Positions 13,363 to 27,382 of a stretch of 64,000 nucleotides of DNA are shown piece by piece (within the stretch, counting starts at the first letter, position 1; every line of letters starts with the position of its first letter). The stretch is from positions 124,001 through 188,000 of the forward strand of contig CBFFRP010000280.1 of assembly GCA_965644295.1 (NCBI GenBank), given 5' to 3'. Source of the DNA: Paraphysomonas bandaiensis (Eukaryota > Protista > Chrysophyceae). The translations under genes were made by a program, and so were the position numbers. A model generated the notes under the pieces. That model was not told the origin of the DNA. It ran no database searches and saw only the letters and a program-made list of their open reading frames with translations.

Positions 13363-14822
13363 CCTGCGCCCAATATCAGCTACTCATTTCTAGATAGATA
13401 AGGGGCGAGGAGTAGACAGGAGTGTCTCGAAGTGATCTTATATAAAGTCATGTAATATAATTCCACGTCAGACATGTATGTATATATATCCCCATTGGCA
13501 GTCCTCCACAGCAGTGTACGTACACACAGTGAAGTAGAAAATGAAGTGGAAGGCGCCCCATATTGAATTTTTGAACAGAATAAAATTGTTGGTTTTCGAC
13601 CGCACTCGAGTACATAAAACTCGTAAACCCCAATTTTGAGTCTTTCACCCAACGCTCTTTGTGGGAAAACAGCACAGCAGAATGTCAATCACGCAAAAAA
13701 TCACCATTTTTTTCTTTTTTTGTGAAATGATAGTAAAAAAACAGAATACAACAACAAAAAACTGGAGATTTTTTTGCCTCTTCAACACACATATATTTTC
13801 CGTATGCTATTCCCACAAAACAGAATCCATGAAGCAACTGCAAGGTGGTCAAGGCTCAATTGATATCCACAGCCCAAACTATCATAAACTGTACAAGGAA
13901 TGAATGTAATGAAAGCTAAGTGTAAACGGACAAGTATCAAGAAGACTATACTGACTGAAGCAATGCATGAGAATGTTGAAGAGAGTAAATACCATCCTTC
14001 AAAGGACGAAAAACAACAGTGGATTCAGATGGAGCGAAAAATATATGACAGCTATTCATGTTCAAGTGTGGGAGAAGTGGTTTGAAACTAATTGTGGAAG
14101 GGATATATATAAAGAAGATGGTAAACATTGAGATACTTCAATTACTTTGGAAGATTCCGCTATCATGCCAATCATAGAAAATGATATTCTATCTCTCTAC
14201 TGTATTTATCTCTCTTTCAAATCAGATCATACGCTTGTACCTCATTTATTGCTGTCACGAATATGTATGAGTTCGGTGTTTATGTTAAGAACTTATATAT
14301 GTGAGTATACAAGAATATCACGCAGGCAGATATGTGTATTAAATACTTCCATTACGTTTTACGTTATGAACTCCCACGTTACATATTAGCTTATTTAGTG
14401 CTAGCTATTTTCTATTGTATAGTATAAAAACTGGGGACTCAATTATTCAATAATTTGTTTAATTTTGTCGCATTTAATATCGCATATGGAATATAGAGTA
14501 ATTGCATCCATTTGTCAATAGTGTCTTTTTGACTTTTGAGTAATATATATCCCTATGAGAAGCTTTTGAAGTAGCCTAAAGAACAATATACAATATTAAG
14601 CTGATTTGTATTATACAAATACAAAAGCATTAAGAAGCATGGTTCGACTTAGTAGATCAGAATTAGTAGATTAAAATTGGCACAACTGTAAACCTGCGAG
14701 TCGACAACCATAATTTTATTTCATATGCTATTATTTTATTCTGTACATTGTTTACAACAGTACACAAAGTCCGTAATAAAGTATTGTCATTCGTAGCTAC
14801 TTTACTTTTCATGAACAATGCA

Positions 14823-17363
14823 TTAAGTGAGTGGCGTAGATACTAACCCCTGAGCTAACGATCGTTGGATATTAAAGTTCTTAGATTCTTTGCTTTGCAC
14901 TCTTTTAGGAGGGCTGATGCCATTGTCATCGTTCCCATTAGTTTCTGATGCCTTTCCCACAGCAGTATGGAGAGATATACCTTCCACTTGGCATATTATT
15001 CTCTACAGAGTAGCCATTTAGCCGAAAACAGTATGAATTGTGCAGATGATACGAAATGACAATATGAACTAACATGAAGAGCATACACAGTTTGCAACGA
15101 CATGAGTGTACATAACACGAGTTACACCTCCAATATAGTAGCCACGCGGGTATGTAGATCTCCTTCAGACACAGGATTTGATTCCGCGAGATTATTTCCG
15201 AGCGACAAAGAAAGATACATCTATAAATAAAGTGTTAGGTCATATCTGATAACGAAGTACTTCCTTTACCAATGATGCTATAAACCCACCGGTCCCTTCA
15301 TCACAAAACTTTCTAAGCGATAATATAAGCCATCACATGCGGAATAATATGCGAAATGCAACGTACCTCACGTGCTGTGCAATCCGCCTGACAACATTAT
15401 CGCTGGTAAGAGCCGGAAATATTCGATACACTCGACAGAAGTGGTAAAATCCGCCACCTAGCACAAGTTCTCCTCTATCACGATTACGCTTTCCTCCATT
15501 GGCGGCTAGAGAGAAGTAAACGACGCATAAATTATGTTAGACGTTACACTATCGCGGGAATGTGCTAACTACGAAGTTACCTGTACGAGACGGCCACATC
15601 CTTCCTGATGGTCCAACAATAGTGCTTTCCTTGTCGGTAGAAGCAGCAAGATAATTCTTTGATCGTCTGTAAGCACGAGAAAGAAAGACTTGCCGTGGCG
15701 ACAGCTTCATAAACTGCAGACGAAATGTCAGAGAATCAAATGATAAAATAGTAACAGTAACACGATGTGTGCACAGTGATGATGGAAGGCGTGACACATA
15801 TAACGGAACTTACTATTTTTTGATCACTAATTCGATCGAATATCCTTGACAACTCTAGATAGGCCTCCGTATCCTAACCAAACATCAAACAATCATATCT
15901 TACTATCATCAAAAAAACGACAAAAAATGCTATGCGCTATAGTGCAGCTATCAGGTAGATATATGAGGAAATATGGATGCTTACGTGTAAAAGCTGAGAC
16001 GATAGACAGAACCGTAGTAACTTCTCCAACCAAGCTTTTTCAGTGTCCTCATCTACCATTCCTTTTTCTTCGTCCTGATACTTGAATGACGAAGCAAGTA
16101 TCATACATCCAACGAAGTCATTCAAGTAAAGCCTGTAAATATATCACAAAAAACTCCAAGTTGTACGGCTAGGTACCGGTTGCTGAGCTTGGACTGTCCA
16201 CGTAAGCTGTCACGCGCAGCTTTGTCAAAGCAATTCGCCGCAGCTTGTAGGGTTAGCCTATTATCCATTATATAAACACACACCAGAATTCAGTGGCGCA
16301 AAATACAAGGCATGCTACCGCACCTATCATCAATAATATTCAAAATTAAACACATCGATATGAACTTCTTCTTCCCAATCCAATGATGAAGTGGTTCGTC
16401 CTCCTGCTGTTCCTGGACTACCATTCTGCTGTCCTTAGACCCTATATCTAATCGAAGTAAAGAGAGTCGATATATTTGAGTGAAGAGTGCATCACTCATG
16501 GATTCCATATCTCCAGTAAGCCCAATAAAACCAAAGTTAGTATAGGAAGTGTGATGTTCCCTAGATTCATTTGGCTTCCGGATTTGGGACATAGGTGTAT
16601 CCGTTGATTCATTGGACTCTGGTGGAGGTAGAATCTGCTCTTTAACAGACTTGCTGGCATTAATTAAGGCTTGTTCTTGTTTAACATCGAAAGGTACAGC
16701 ATTTAGTGAAGCCCGCCGAGCCAATTTAGAAATACTGTTTTTCTCAACTGGCTCACCATCCAATAGCTTGGACAATGTTGACGATAGTTTAAGTAAATAT
16801 ATCTGCATAAAGATGATACCACCGTCAGAAACAGTTGTGCACATGAAATCTCAGCACCTTATCAGACTCGTCTATTTCATCACTACTTTTGTGCACATAT
16901 ATATTGGCACTTTTAATCAGAAGAGAGCCATAGTGTTTAATACTTTTCTCTCTATCAATGTATCCTTCCAGCAAACGACTCTATATTTTACGTGTTAGTA
17001 AACCGACAGGATGGGTGTAAATACCATAACCTTTTCCTCTAACTTGGATGTTAGGTCAGCTATAACTCGATCTTTTTCTGTACGCAAGTGCTGCATATCT
17101 AACAATGTCTGATCGACCACAGTTTGCATATTTCTCATATCATAATTGCTATCATCATCAAATGTTTTTATTGATATATCATCTGAAGTATATCGATGAG
17201 ATCTTGTTCTTTCTGCTTGTAATAATGACATATCAAAGTCAACGTCACTTCGAATAGATTCAACAGAACGCATGTTTGCTTTGGGATGTTTGGCTAACAG
17301 ATCCAAGAGAGCCTTCTCCTTCTTTCGCAACACATCCCCCATACGATCCTTTGAATCAGTCAT
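14823..17363 (-). CDS. Multi-exon hypothetical protein with N-terminal coiled coil
   Basis: ORFs 16995-17363, 16290-16844, 15937-16125 and 15549-15797 are separated by GT-AG introns. Downstream exons (GGGFYHFCRVYRIFPAL; ILE|RIICQV...TPLT*) end at TAA 14823-14825. Exon structure is partly inferred. Confidence 0.6.
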
Positions 17364-18639
17364 ACTGTTAGAGAATTATTAAGGAGGAAGAGTCTGAAAT
17401 ATATCACACTATGTTCAAATTATGGAGTTGAATACTATCTTCAGCACCGTGTATGTGTATGTATGTGTACGGCAACGCACATACATACTGGACTCTGTAC
17501 TCCTCTACATGATTAATACCAGTGTACTACTATATACTGGAGTACGTATTTCGTTGTATTTCATACTGTATATAGAGCAGTGCTGATATGTGCATATGTA
17601 CAGTACATGCATATCTAGATATCATAGTGGTCATATATATGCCACAGCCACGCACACTGCATCATGATATGATCGACTAACTGACTCTGAGTTGCGCTCC
17701 TCTGCTGTCTTATCTTAAAAGAAATGTGACTTATTGAGATTGTATGATGGTGTTAGTGTTAAAGACTGCACACTTAGATTACACTTGAGCTGACTATGGA
17801 ATACAACCGCTATAAACGTATGTATGGGAACGTCTACTGGTACACTGTCAGAGAGGAGTCCATCCTCTCCTCTGATTTCATTCTTAGTACTCTTCCTGTA
17901 AAATATGGCACAATTAGCAACATCAGGCTGTAACCTCATTGCGTTACTATGCGGTATCGGCTATTAGGTACCCTCTGCGGGATTGAGACACCAGGACACG
18001 GGCACATAACGCGAGTACATCTTTATCGAAACTGATGGGCTTTCCTGTTGGTTGCCCAATTGGCGAGCTTGTAGGTTTACCCTATGTCCGCTCTACTGCT
18101 CTAAAGATACAGTAACTGTCGAACCAGTGCAACTACATATTTAATGATTACGCTAGCTGCGATATACGTTGTCTTTCGTGCGATTATGTAATTCCGGTTA
18201 ATTATTAATATATTGTGAATAATTGACGCTTTCTATGTTATACTACTTTACATATGCCGTAGCAGAGGGTGCATTGTATCTAGCCGATCAAATATAATAT
18301 AAATGCCAACCATGGTAGTCTATTTGTCTATTTGTAAGTGTGTTTATATTGAGATCACTCGGTCCATTTGGTACTTTGGTGTACGCTATATGGTGCATTG
18401 GTTATTACTTCAAGTTCTTTAGCAATGATCGACAGGCTTCATCACCGGACCTAAACAGGTCCCACAAAGTAGACACCTATCATATTTAATATGTATAACG
18501 TATCATTGGTTATATTGAAAGTCTTATTATTTAGCAATAGGCGTTAAAAACCTGCACCAATATAGTGGCTAGTTGAATGCTAGACATACTATTTAGACCT
18601 CTACCCGTAACTAATCAGTACAAATTCTATTATCCTACT

Positions 18640-19570
18640 ATTTAGCGCTACAGAAGCTGCTTGTGCGTCGCCGCAAGCACCAAGGTGCGACCACTTCCGT
18701 TCTTGATGTTGATTGCGAGGTTCGCCATGATCATGTATCCTAGGACTCACTGGCGCGTGTTATCAGGAGGTCTCCCCTTGGGATGAGATTCCACCAGGCT
18801 CTGAGGAACAGGGTTCTATATTAAGGTCCTGAGTGCTAGATGTGCGTGATGAGAGGTGGGTGGTGAGGTGGAATGTGGCGTTGTCTCAGTGCACCGTTTG
18901 GGCCTCAGGCATAGGTAGAGTTGCCGGAGACGGCATCGTTGTCGAGGGCCTGAAGGTTTCATGCGGGACGGTGATACGTTCCTGTGTGTATGAGTGGTGG
19001 AGTTCGTGTGTACGGTGGGCGGTGGTCCAGTCTCGGGTCGCCTGCAGAATCCTAGTAATCGTAGCACCCTTGGGCGTTTTCATTGCTGTCTACGTTTTTG
19101 ACGCGGTCGCGGGAGTAGCCTAGGGGGTCCTTTGTGTAGGGTAATATACCGTCGACTTCGATCTTGGATCATGAGCTTTGCTGCAGCAAAAAGCGGGAGA
19201 AGCAGACTGATGACCGCTGCTTCAAGGTTGAGGTGTCAGGGACGCATGGGTGTGATCTCCAAAAACCATCTCGAGTTGTGCAGTGGTGATGGTGGCTGTC
19301 CAGAATCTCTCCATCTGCGGGAAGGGTGGGCTCCAGGCCCTGCTGAAGAGCCGTTGGTGGTCCAGTGGGATAGATCCTGATCTCTCAGTACCGCTTGAAG
19401 CGCGTTTTTGTGGGTTTGAAAGGCAGTCTCCCGTATCTGAGTGATGTTGTCATTTGTGCAGTCTAGACACATGTGTTTGAGTGAGGCTTTGACCAGGTCG
19501 AGACCTTGTTTGGTTTTAGCCCGGTTTCTCCCTATATGCTGCATTGAGCACTCTCTGGCGTAGGTGTGAA
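18640..19570 (-). mobile_element. Degenerate 3' fragment of a non-LTR (LINE) retrotransposon
   Basis: GC-rich block encoding KHMCLDCTNDNITQIRETAFQTHKN...LEAAVISLLLPLFAAAKLMIQDR with frameshifts. Homologous to 36965-37630, which carries a CCHC finger. Ends approximate. Confidence 0.75.
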
Positions 19571-20965
19571 CTATCTTTATTCTTTGATGGACTTGTGCCA
19601 GTTTGTATGTCCAATATCATTGGTTACATTAATATTATTCTCTCTTTCTAGACTATCGGTTCGCTAAAATGTTAATATTTAAATCGTTTGGTCTATTCGG
19701 TGGTTTGTCACCATAAAAGATCAAAGCGTAGGATGTAAGATGTGCATGGTCAAATATATGATATATGTTGGCTATTGCTTCCATAGGTATCTCCCTCACC
19801 AACTATTAATTTATCATTTATCTGCTTTTGCTATTAGCTATATCTAGTTGTGGCTGGATACAAGCTTGAGTACTCTTATAGTTTTGATAAGCTTGAGCAC
19901 TCACTGCTACTTATTCATGACTAGAGATTCATGGCATCAGTCGTAATGTGGGTACCACCTGCACCGACACCAGCTTCCTCCTCAATATTTCACCATTATC
20001 AGTTGAGTTGCACACACTTTTACACCCTCCCCTAATTCATTTGTGATAACTTTCAACGTCCACCTCAGAAGGAGCAATGGAACTCTCCAATTCAGACTTA
20101 TTCCTTTTAAACAATTATTAGCTTATCATAATCATAGACTAGCACTACAATCCTGTAAGGGAGCAACAAAGGAATTGTAAAATATATCATTATTACTTCA
20201 AATATTCTTCCAGACAACTTAGCTAAAATTCAGATATCATTTCTTCTCTTTTTCCCTCGTATTCGGCCCTAGACTGATGATCACAGTCTAGAGCATCTTC
20301 TAATTGAGACTTGTCAGAGAGACTGCGTGCACTGGTCGGACGACTGGTAGTTGTTTGTTGGTTATAATTCAGAGAGTGCCATTCGGAGAGTCCAAATATG
20401 CACCGCAGCAAGGAGTGTATGAAGACTGCGAGTGATCCAGCACACCAATGGGTCCTAAATGAACAACAGATGTTTTGCGAAACACCACTGGTGTTCGACG
20501 GTGATGCCCTTTATCAACTATAATATGCACAACCCCGATGCCATCGCTTGGGTGAACTGTTTCATCAATTTCGGATGCGTGGCAGAAATTAACCACCAGA
20601 AGTTCGCTTTGATTTTTTTCCACCACGAGAGTTGCTTCACCAGCATAACAACATAGACAGTCATTCCTTCCCACACAGGGCATGTGCACATATAAAGAAA
20701 ACATAATTTTACGTATATATATAGCGATCGTACAATGGAAGAATTAGACGAGAACAATGGCTGGGCGGATACTGTACCTGGATGCTATCGAACATTACCT
20801 TATGATATTTATTTGTGTCGAAGGCCTACCAAAGAATTAACTTTTGTTGTTGTCAGAGATCATGACACAATCGGAAGTGCTGTTATTGACGGATCTCTAA
20901 CACACGAATCAAATTATCTATTAGAGGAACCTGACCAAAAGTTTTCTCTACATTGTCTAAGCTCT

Positions 20966-22300
20966 TTATTCGAATATATTGACGCCACTGCAGAACTGAG
21001 ACATTCTGAAATTACTTGGCTTTCTTTGACACGCAAGATAAACAGCTGGAGATGCGAGAGTCACAACCCCTGTGCGTACATATGATATTAATTGTTGCAG
21101 CAACTGAAACACAACATCTTGGGGTAACTCTTTATCAACAGATAATCTTGGGACATCAAATGGATCAAAGGTGCCTCGTTGCTTAATGATATCAAAAAAG
21201 GCTGCAAATATTTAATGTCCTCTTCGGTAACTGTCGCTGGATCAAATCGAGTAATTCTGAATATTCAACATCCCCTTGTCTGAGAGCATGCATTGCTCGG
21301 ACCCACCCTGCCGTGAGAACATGCAAACTTTGGAATTCCTTTTGAACCACTTCTGAATCAAGCGAGAGAGGTTCTATACCCTTCAATAATGGACAGAGTT
21401 TGGATAACATATTGGGTCTTGCTTGGAAGAAACGAAGATAGTGCTCAGGGGTTCCAAATCCATTGACCGACTTTTGCGTAAGTTTGGTGGTATTGAGCGT
21501 TTCGTGAACAAATTTTCCGATCGTCCTGTCCAAGTAAGCCTCGTCTTCTGGCCGAAGCTTTACACAAGGAACCAGCGTGTTGTCACTGCCGCTAAGAAAA
21601 ACAGCAGAGCGAAAACCAGTAATACATGCCAAAATATCAGGCCAATCAGTATCATTCTTATATGCACGTGTGCTTCATCAATAAATAATGCAAGTACACA
21701 CTTTAGTTCTTCTGCGCGTGAAAGTATTGGGCCAATTTCGAAGTCAATGCTAAGATCTGGAAGAGTACCCTGTGCTCGATCATTGAGCAATTGTACGAGA
21801 CTGTGACGCAACGCTGATTTGTGATGAATAGATGCGTCGATATATATTGATGCTACATCAGGTAGCAACTGGCCGACCACTAAGCAGAAAGTTTGCATCA
21901 TAACTGACTTCCCTATCCCACGTGGGCCAATAAAAAAAATGACCACTATAGTTTGATGCACCACTCGATGTTGGTTCAATGGCACTTGACCGTTTTGAGT
22001 ATACTCATTTCGAAAATGCTACGGTAAGCAGAGTGAATAGTCGATAGCTATCCATTGAACATAAAATCAGAATTCAACCACAAAGGATGGGATTTATCCA
22101 GTGTTTCAACATGGCGTATTAAATCAACCGCAGGGTCAACAAATTTTTCGTCGTCCTCTTCCTTCATTGCAGCATCGACAGATCTTTGAATACTTAGTGG
22201 AAGATCAAATGAATCCAAAGAAAGTCGTCCACAAAACAGAGTTTGCTGAGCTCACCTTGGAGTTGAGATGTTCGGGAAATAATTGCGACCGATAGTCATG
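20966..22300 (-). pseudogene. Frameshifted P-loop NTPase (STAND/AAA+-like) pseudogene
   Basis: Walker A FIGPRGIGKS, Walker B LFIDEAH and downstream VFLSGS are spread over several frames with stops (ORFs 21560-21985, 21192-21632, continuing FDPFDVPRL...SPAVYL). Confidence 0.7.
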
Positions 22301-22773
22301 GAATTATTTATTTTCCACAGACGGTTTCTCTTCATCACGGTCAGACTTGTCATTGATATATATGATAAGTATTCTTGACTTTCAGGAACTGATTTTTGTT
22401 GTTAAATAAGTAGTAAATAAACGATGAAGGAATGAATCTATGGGTTCGTTAAAGTACCGACAGAGACTGACTAGACTGACTCCATGATGAAGAATCTTCT
22501 GATTTAGGCTGATTTTGTGATTGAATATAGAAACCCCCATTTTTCATCTCTAGAAAAAGGAAACCCCCTTTTTTTGAGAAATGTGAAGAAGTTGTACTGG
22601 ATGTCCTCCTGTACATGTACACCAGGTAGTACATGTACGGCAACAGTACGTGTGATGTACACAGCAGCAGTACACAGCAGAGTGTGTGATTCAATCGATG
22701 GTGTCCATCAGTGTAGATACATAGAAGAAACCAGACCACAATTGAACAGTAAGAGTCCATTAAGTTAACAATA

Positions 22774-23320
22774 ATGGCAAAACAAAAGCAGAAGGATAGG
22801 AAAACTATTAAAAAAGGGTATTTTAAGAAGAAATCACTTAAAAAGCCCAACATAGTAAAGAAACCACCTGAAAAGAAATTCGAAATCCAGAGAGGAGGAG
22901 GGAACGATGATGTAGAGAGTAAAGCTATCAATGACTTACATGGATATGTAAAATGGTTAAATAAATATGGTGATGAAAGAGCGAAATTATCAATTGAAAC
23001 GACAAAAGATGCAACGGGATTATGGAACTGCAGGTGCTCTGTGACGATTGGGGATAACGAACATCGATCATTAGGAAAAGGTATTACCTACATACCATAT
23101 CTGTGTTTACTGAAGAAATGTTCTGATTGTGTTCTTGTTAGGATTGAAAACTGATGCCAAAAAGTCCGCATGTGTTGAAATGCTCAGGTAACTGAGCCAC
23201 ATATATACCAGTCTGCTTTCATAGTAATGTGTAATGTTTAGGACACTTTTTCCTGAAATTGATTCGTTAGATGATATTCTTGTAGAAATAAAATCACTTA
23301 AGAGAAAGAATACATCTTAA
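22774..23320 (+). CDS. Small basic protein with a dsRNA-binding-motif-like C-terminal domain
   Basis: Lys-rich N-terminus. Introns 23081-23141 and 23188-23241 give WNCRCSVTIGDNEHRSLGKGLKTDAKKSACVEMLRTLFP, matching the dsRBM beta-beta-beta-alpha pattern (G.G.K..AK..A). Confidence 0.6.
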
Positions 23321-24445
23321 ATAGGCTGTGTGGATATCTGAAATCGACGGGTTGCGATGTATATATATGCTCTATTCACCGTTTTGATATTTCGTGTAAA
23401 ATTGAGTTTTTGTTTGGACGTATAATTGCCGAGACTTCTACATTTGATTGTCTCGAGTAAATAGTTCATGTAGCTAAGAACTGATAATACTTAGACTCCT
23501 AATATTTAGAATAACTCCAACTGATGTCCGATATGCATAATCTGTTATTATTGTCGATTAAGGAAAACAAACCATTGATAAGATGTAAGACGAATATCTA
23601 CTGCTTGCAGCAATTAGATTATGTAAAGCACACTATTCGAACAGACAATAAATAGTGACAACCGTCGCAACTTTGCTACATTAATATTCTATGTCCTATA
23701 TCTTAACAGACTTCAGCTAATCAATGACTAAATAAACTTAAACAGGTATGATATTGCACCGTCATCGTATTATCTTATATCATTCTTACTATTACTTTAT
23801 TCTAAATAATTCTAGCAAAATCAAGGTTTGTTGGATTTAAGTTTCAGGTCCTAGTATTAATAGGTGGTTTAAATTTGGGCTCTTGAAGACATTCTGAATT
23901 GCTGCTATATATACCAAGAGAGATGTAAGGTTGTGTTATTGTTGAGAGATTGTAGCAATAAATCAATGATCATCACCAATATTTTACTCTACTAGTAATA
24001 TCTTTAACAGCTACTTCATTTTCAGTTTCATTGTATATGTGACTCCTATTCCTGCTGTTGTAGTTTCGTAGATTGTGCGTTTCATTGTTACACAGAATAC
24101 AGAATACGTCACAGCTACTAGCAATAAACATCAACTAACAACTAATACGTACTTGGGGTAGGTTGTATTTAATACCTAGCTGCAATGGCGACCATGTCCT
24201 ACTCTGTTGTTGGTCTCTCGCTGGAATTGTTGATCTAACAGGTTCTACTTTGATACTGTCTAGTCGTCTCTAGTCAACATCTCATAATTCATGTAATGGA
24301 TGTCAAAGATTTTCAGGACTTTAAAGATTCCGTAAAGTGGCCTGATCACTATTGAGTTCAGTACTCGTCGACTCAATATACAATATACCAAGTGCAGCAG
24401 TAATATAAAGCAGTTTCCGAATAAGAAAATAGTTCAAGTGATTCG

Positions 24446-26768
24446 ATAAGGTTTTTTTGCGGCCCGCCAGGGCCCTCGGCCCTCGCGGGCCCGCGGCCCC
24501 CCGCGGGCCCTCTAAAATTAATTTTTTTCAGTTTTTGCCTCCTGAAGATTTTGATTTGTTATATTATTTCAGTTATTGTCTTTTAAAGATTTCGAGTTTT
24601 GAAAAAACTAATGTGATTAGTTTTTAATTTCGACTTTTTGAAAACTTAATACAAATTCATTAATAATTTTGTCATCAAGCAGGCGATTAATAATGCATGA
24701 TTCTAATTCAGAAGAATCAGGGAGAAAAGATAGTTGTAATAGCGATGATCTCCCTACAACTTTTCAGTGGGAAGGTTTCAGATACACTATCAAGCAGAGG
24801 AAGAGGCTTCAAGATGGTTCGGTATAATATATTCTCTATCAGTAAGCCACTGATCCATATATTTAGGAAATTTGAAGGGTTATTATCGGTGCTCAAAACA
24901 CCGGAAAGGAAGAACATGTGGCTGTCCAGCTAAATTGACAATTCTTGTTCACGAGCAAGCAGAAGAATCTGATGAAAAACTGATAATTTCAAAGGGGAAA
25001 GAGGAGCACAAATGTGGTGCCGCCATCTTTATATTGCCTTCAGATTCACCAACATCTGATGATAATTCCAAGGAGAGGTCGTCGTTTTGTAAAGGTGTAT
25101 ATGACGCAAGTGGTGAAATGAAACAACTTTGTGAAGCAATGGCGTTGAAAGATGTTTCGAAGTCCTCCATTGCGATTGCAAATGAAGTTGCGGAAACAAC
25201 GCGAGCGAAATATAAGCAGCTCGGTGAGAAAATTGATATTTTTTTCTTTTTGCTGTTTTCACTTCATTTTCTTTTGCTTATTTCGGTAGGAATGCCATAT
25301 AGATATCTCGAAACGTCGAAACTCAAAGCTTTGGTGTATCAGTGTAGACGTTTAGAGTTCAATGATTGGGAAGGAATTATATCGTCGTATCCGCTTGTGA
25401 ACTGTGCTGATGACGACGAGAGACTATTTTTACAGTTCAATACTTCAATCAATGTTAGCAATCAGATGCAGAAGATAATTGGCTTTGCACATCCTGATTT
25501 AATCAATATTGTAAAGGGTGGTCCGGTCCATCTGTTTATAGACTGTACTTTTAAATGTGTGCCAAAGGGATTTTCTCAGTGTCTAGTAATTATGATATAT
25601 GACTACGCCTCGTCCCTATACATTCCTGTATTTTATATATTGCTGCAATCGAAGTTTGAAGAAGTGTATTCCATGGCTCTTTATTTGAGTAAGGCCTCAA
25701 CAGATTTCATGATGGAGATCATCAATGGCTCAGTGGATTTCGAGAAGGGTCTGATGAATGCTATCAAACGGAACTTTGAGGGCAAGCCTGTAACTGGATC
25801 CGATCCTAATGATTGGAATGTGCATGGCATTGTAACAGACGAGTCATCAACATCCCGCTTGATTAATAGAACCAACAATCCACTGGAAAGGTTTAACAGA
25901 AAGCTGAACGAGGCTTTTCCCACTGCGCATCCTTCCGTGGTGTTATATGTGAGTACTATTCGGAAGCTAAGTCAAGAATACGTCGAACTTCGAAACAAAA
26001 TTCTCAGGGGTCATGCATCCCGGCCGAAACATCTGCCATTCCAGCAATTCACATTGCCAGAGGACTACGCTGCATTTGAAATGGACAGGTCAGTCCAAAG
26101 GACTAAGTTTGCGCAGCTCAACCAATACAAGTTTTTGATTGGGAAGAGCCACTATGATCCTGAGGATGGGTGCATGTACGAGGTGGTGAGAGTTGGATTT
26201 TACGAGGGGTCCATCGTTGGCTATCGCGAGCAGTGCCGACTGCAGAATGGATATGTTGTCGATGTACCCACTGATGATTGTATTTCAATTGAGGAGATAG
26301 TGAAATACACTGGATGTGGCAAGGAGTCTACAGTGACAGCCGAAGACTGTGCTTTCACCGAGGAGATTGAGACATGCTGTGTTGCCGCCGGCAGGGCTCA
26401 GACCGGCGCCAAACGCCGGAATAGGGCCGGTGGGGCCGGCCCCGGCGTTGTTTAGGGGCGGGGGCCTGGGGGCAGTGGACGCCGGCTCGTAGAGTCGAAG
26501 CGTGGGGAGCCCCCAGCTCCGAAAAATGTTTTGGTATAAAGTTGCTCTTGCTTAAGATATTAATAACTCTTGCTAAATTTGACCCTTTGCTTTGTGCGTA
26601 ATACTGCCCTTTGCTTTGTGCGTTATTGTTGCTTGTGGTTGTAGTGTGTGTTGTGTGTGTTTTTAATTAAGAATTATTGTTATTATTGTTAGTTGTAGTA
26701 GAGGGCCAAATGCGGGCCGAGGGCCCTAGCGGGCCGAGGGCCAAAAAGGGCCAAAATTAAATTTTTCC
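24446..26768 (+). mobile_element. Mutator-like (MULE) DNA transposon with 9-bp TSD and imperfect GC-rich TIRs
   Basis: AGTGATTCG at 24437-24445 and 26769-26777. Both ends contain inverted arrays of GGGCCC(TC)/GGCCCG motifs and enclose a MULE transposase gene. Confidence 0.9.
24693..26455 (+). CDS. MULE transposase (FLYWCH/WRKY-like zinc finger + DDE), internally deleted
   Basis: Intron 24817-24866 and a probable in-frame intron 25224-25289. Motifs YYRCSKH..CGCPAKL..HKC, FIDCTFKCVPKGFSQ, PVFYILL, VDFEKGLMNAI and RTNNPLERFNRKL are present; the CxxH motif is absent. Confidence 0.85.
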
Positions 26769-27382
26769 AGTGATTCGGATAGAATTGCCTTCTACTTAAC
26801 CGCATGTAGGGTCAACGAGGCAACAATTTATCATAATATTTTGCTCTTGGTCTAGCCTTAACATCTCTTGGTATGTATAATGTATAACAATACACAACGT
26901 TAATGCTGTAGCTTGTTTCTCGTATAGATCATCACAGCAAGATCGAAATACTCTATTGCCTTTTTTATAGACAACATGACACGAAATATGAAATATAGTC
27001 ATCGTTCGTTGAAGTAGTATCCATGCTGTGGATAACAAAATAGAAATGAGGACACTAACGAAATGGTTTGGTTGCAAACAACAAATCTGTTACAACACAG
27101 TTTGCCGCTAACAAGTATTGAAGCATGTAAGCCCCAATCTCATATTATTATCAGTTATCAGAAATGATGTCATATTCGCCATCATCTGCACTACACTTCG
27201 AATCTCTGTCATATATACTCGACAGTCTCCATTCTTAAATTCACTTCAGCTCGAACTCAGAAATATTTAAGTCAACTCGATTTATTGTATCGTTCATAAT
27301 CTATGCTTATCGCTAAATATGCTTGTTAATCAAATTTTGAGTTTCTGAGCTTGATAGGTATACAATATTTAAATTACAGTCA

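Noticed and set aside
13820-14090. Short coding-like ORFs divergent from the HPS5-like gene
   Set aside because: No motifs or consistent splice structure.
20369-21085. Coding-like fragments on both strands
   Set aside because: Interrupted by stops with no recognisable family; cannot be assigned.
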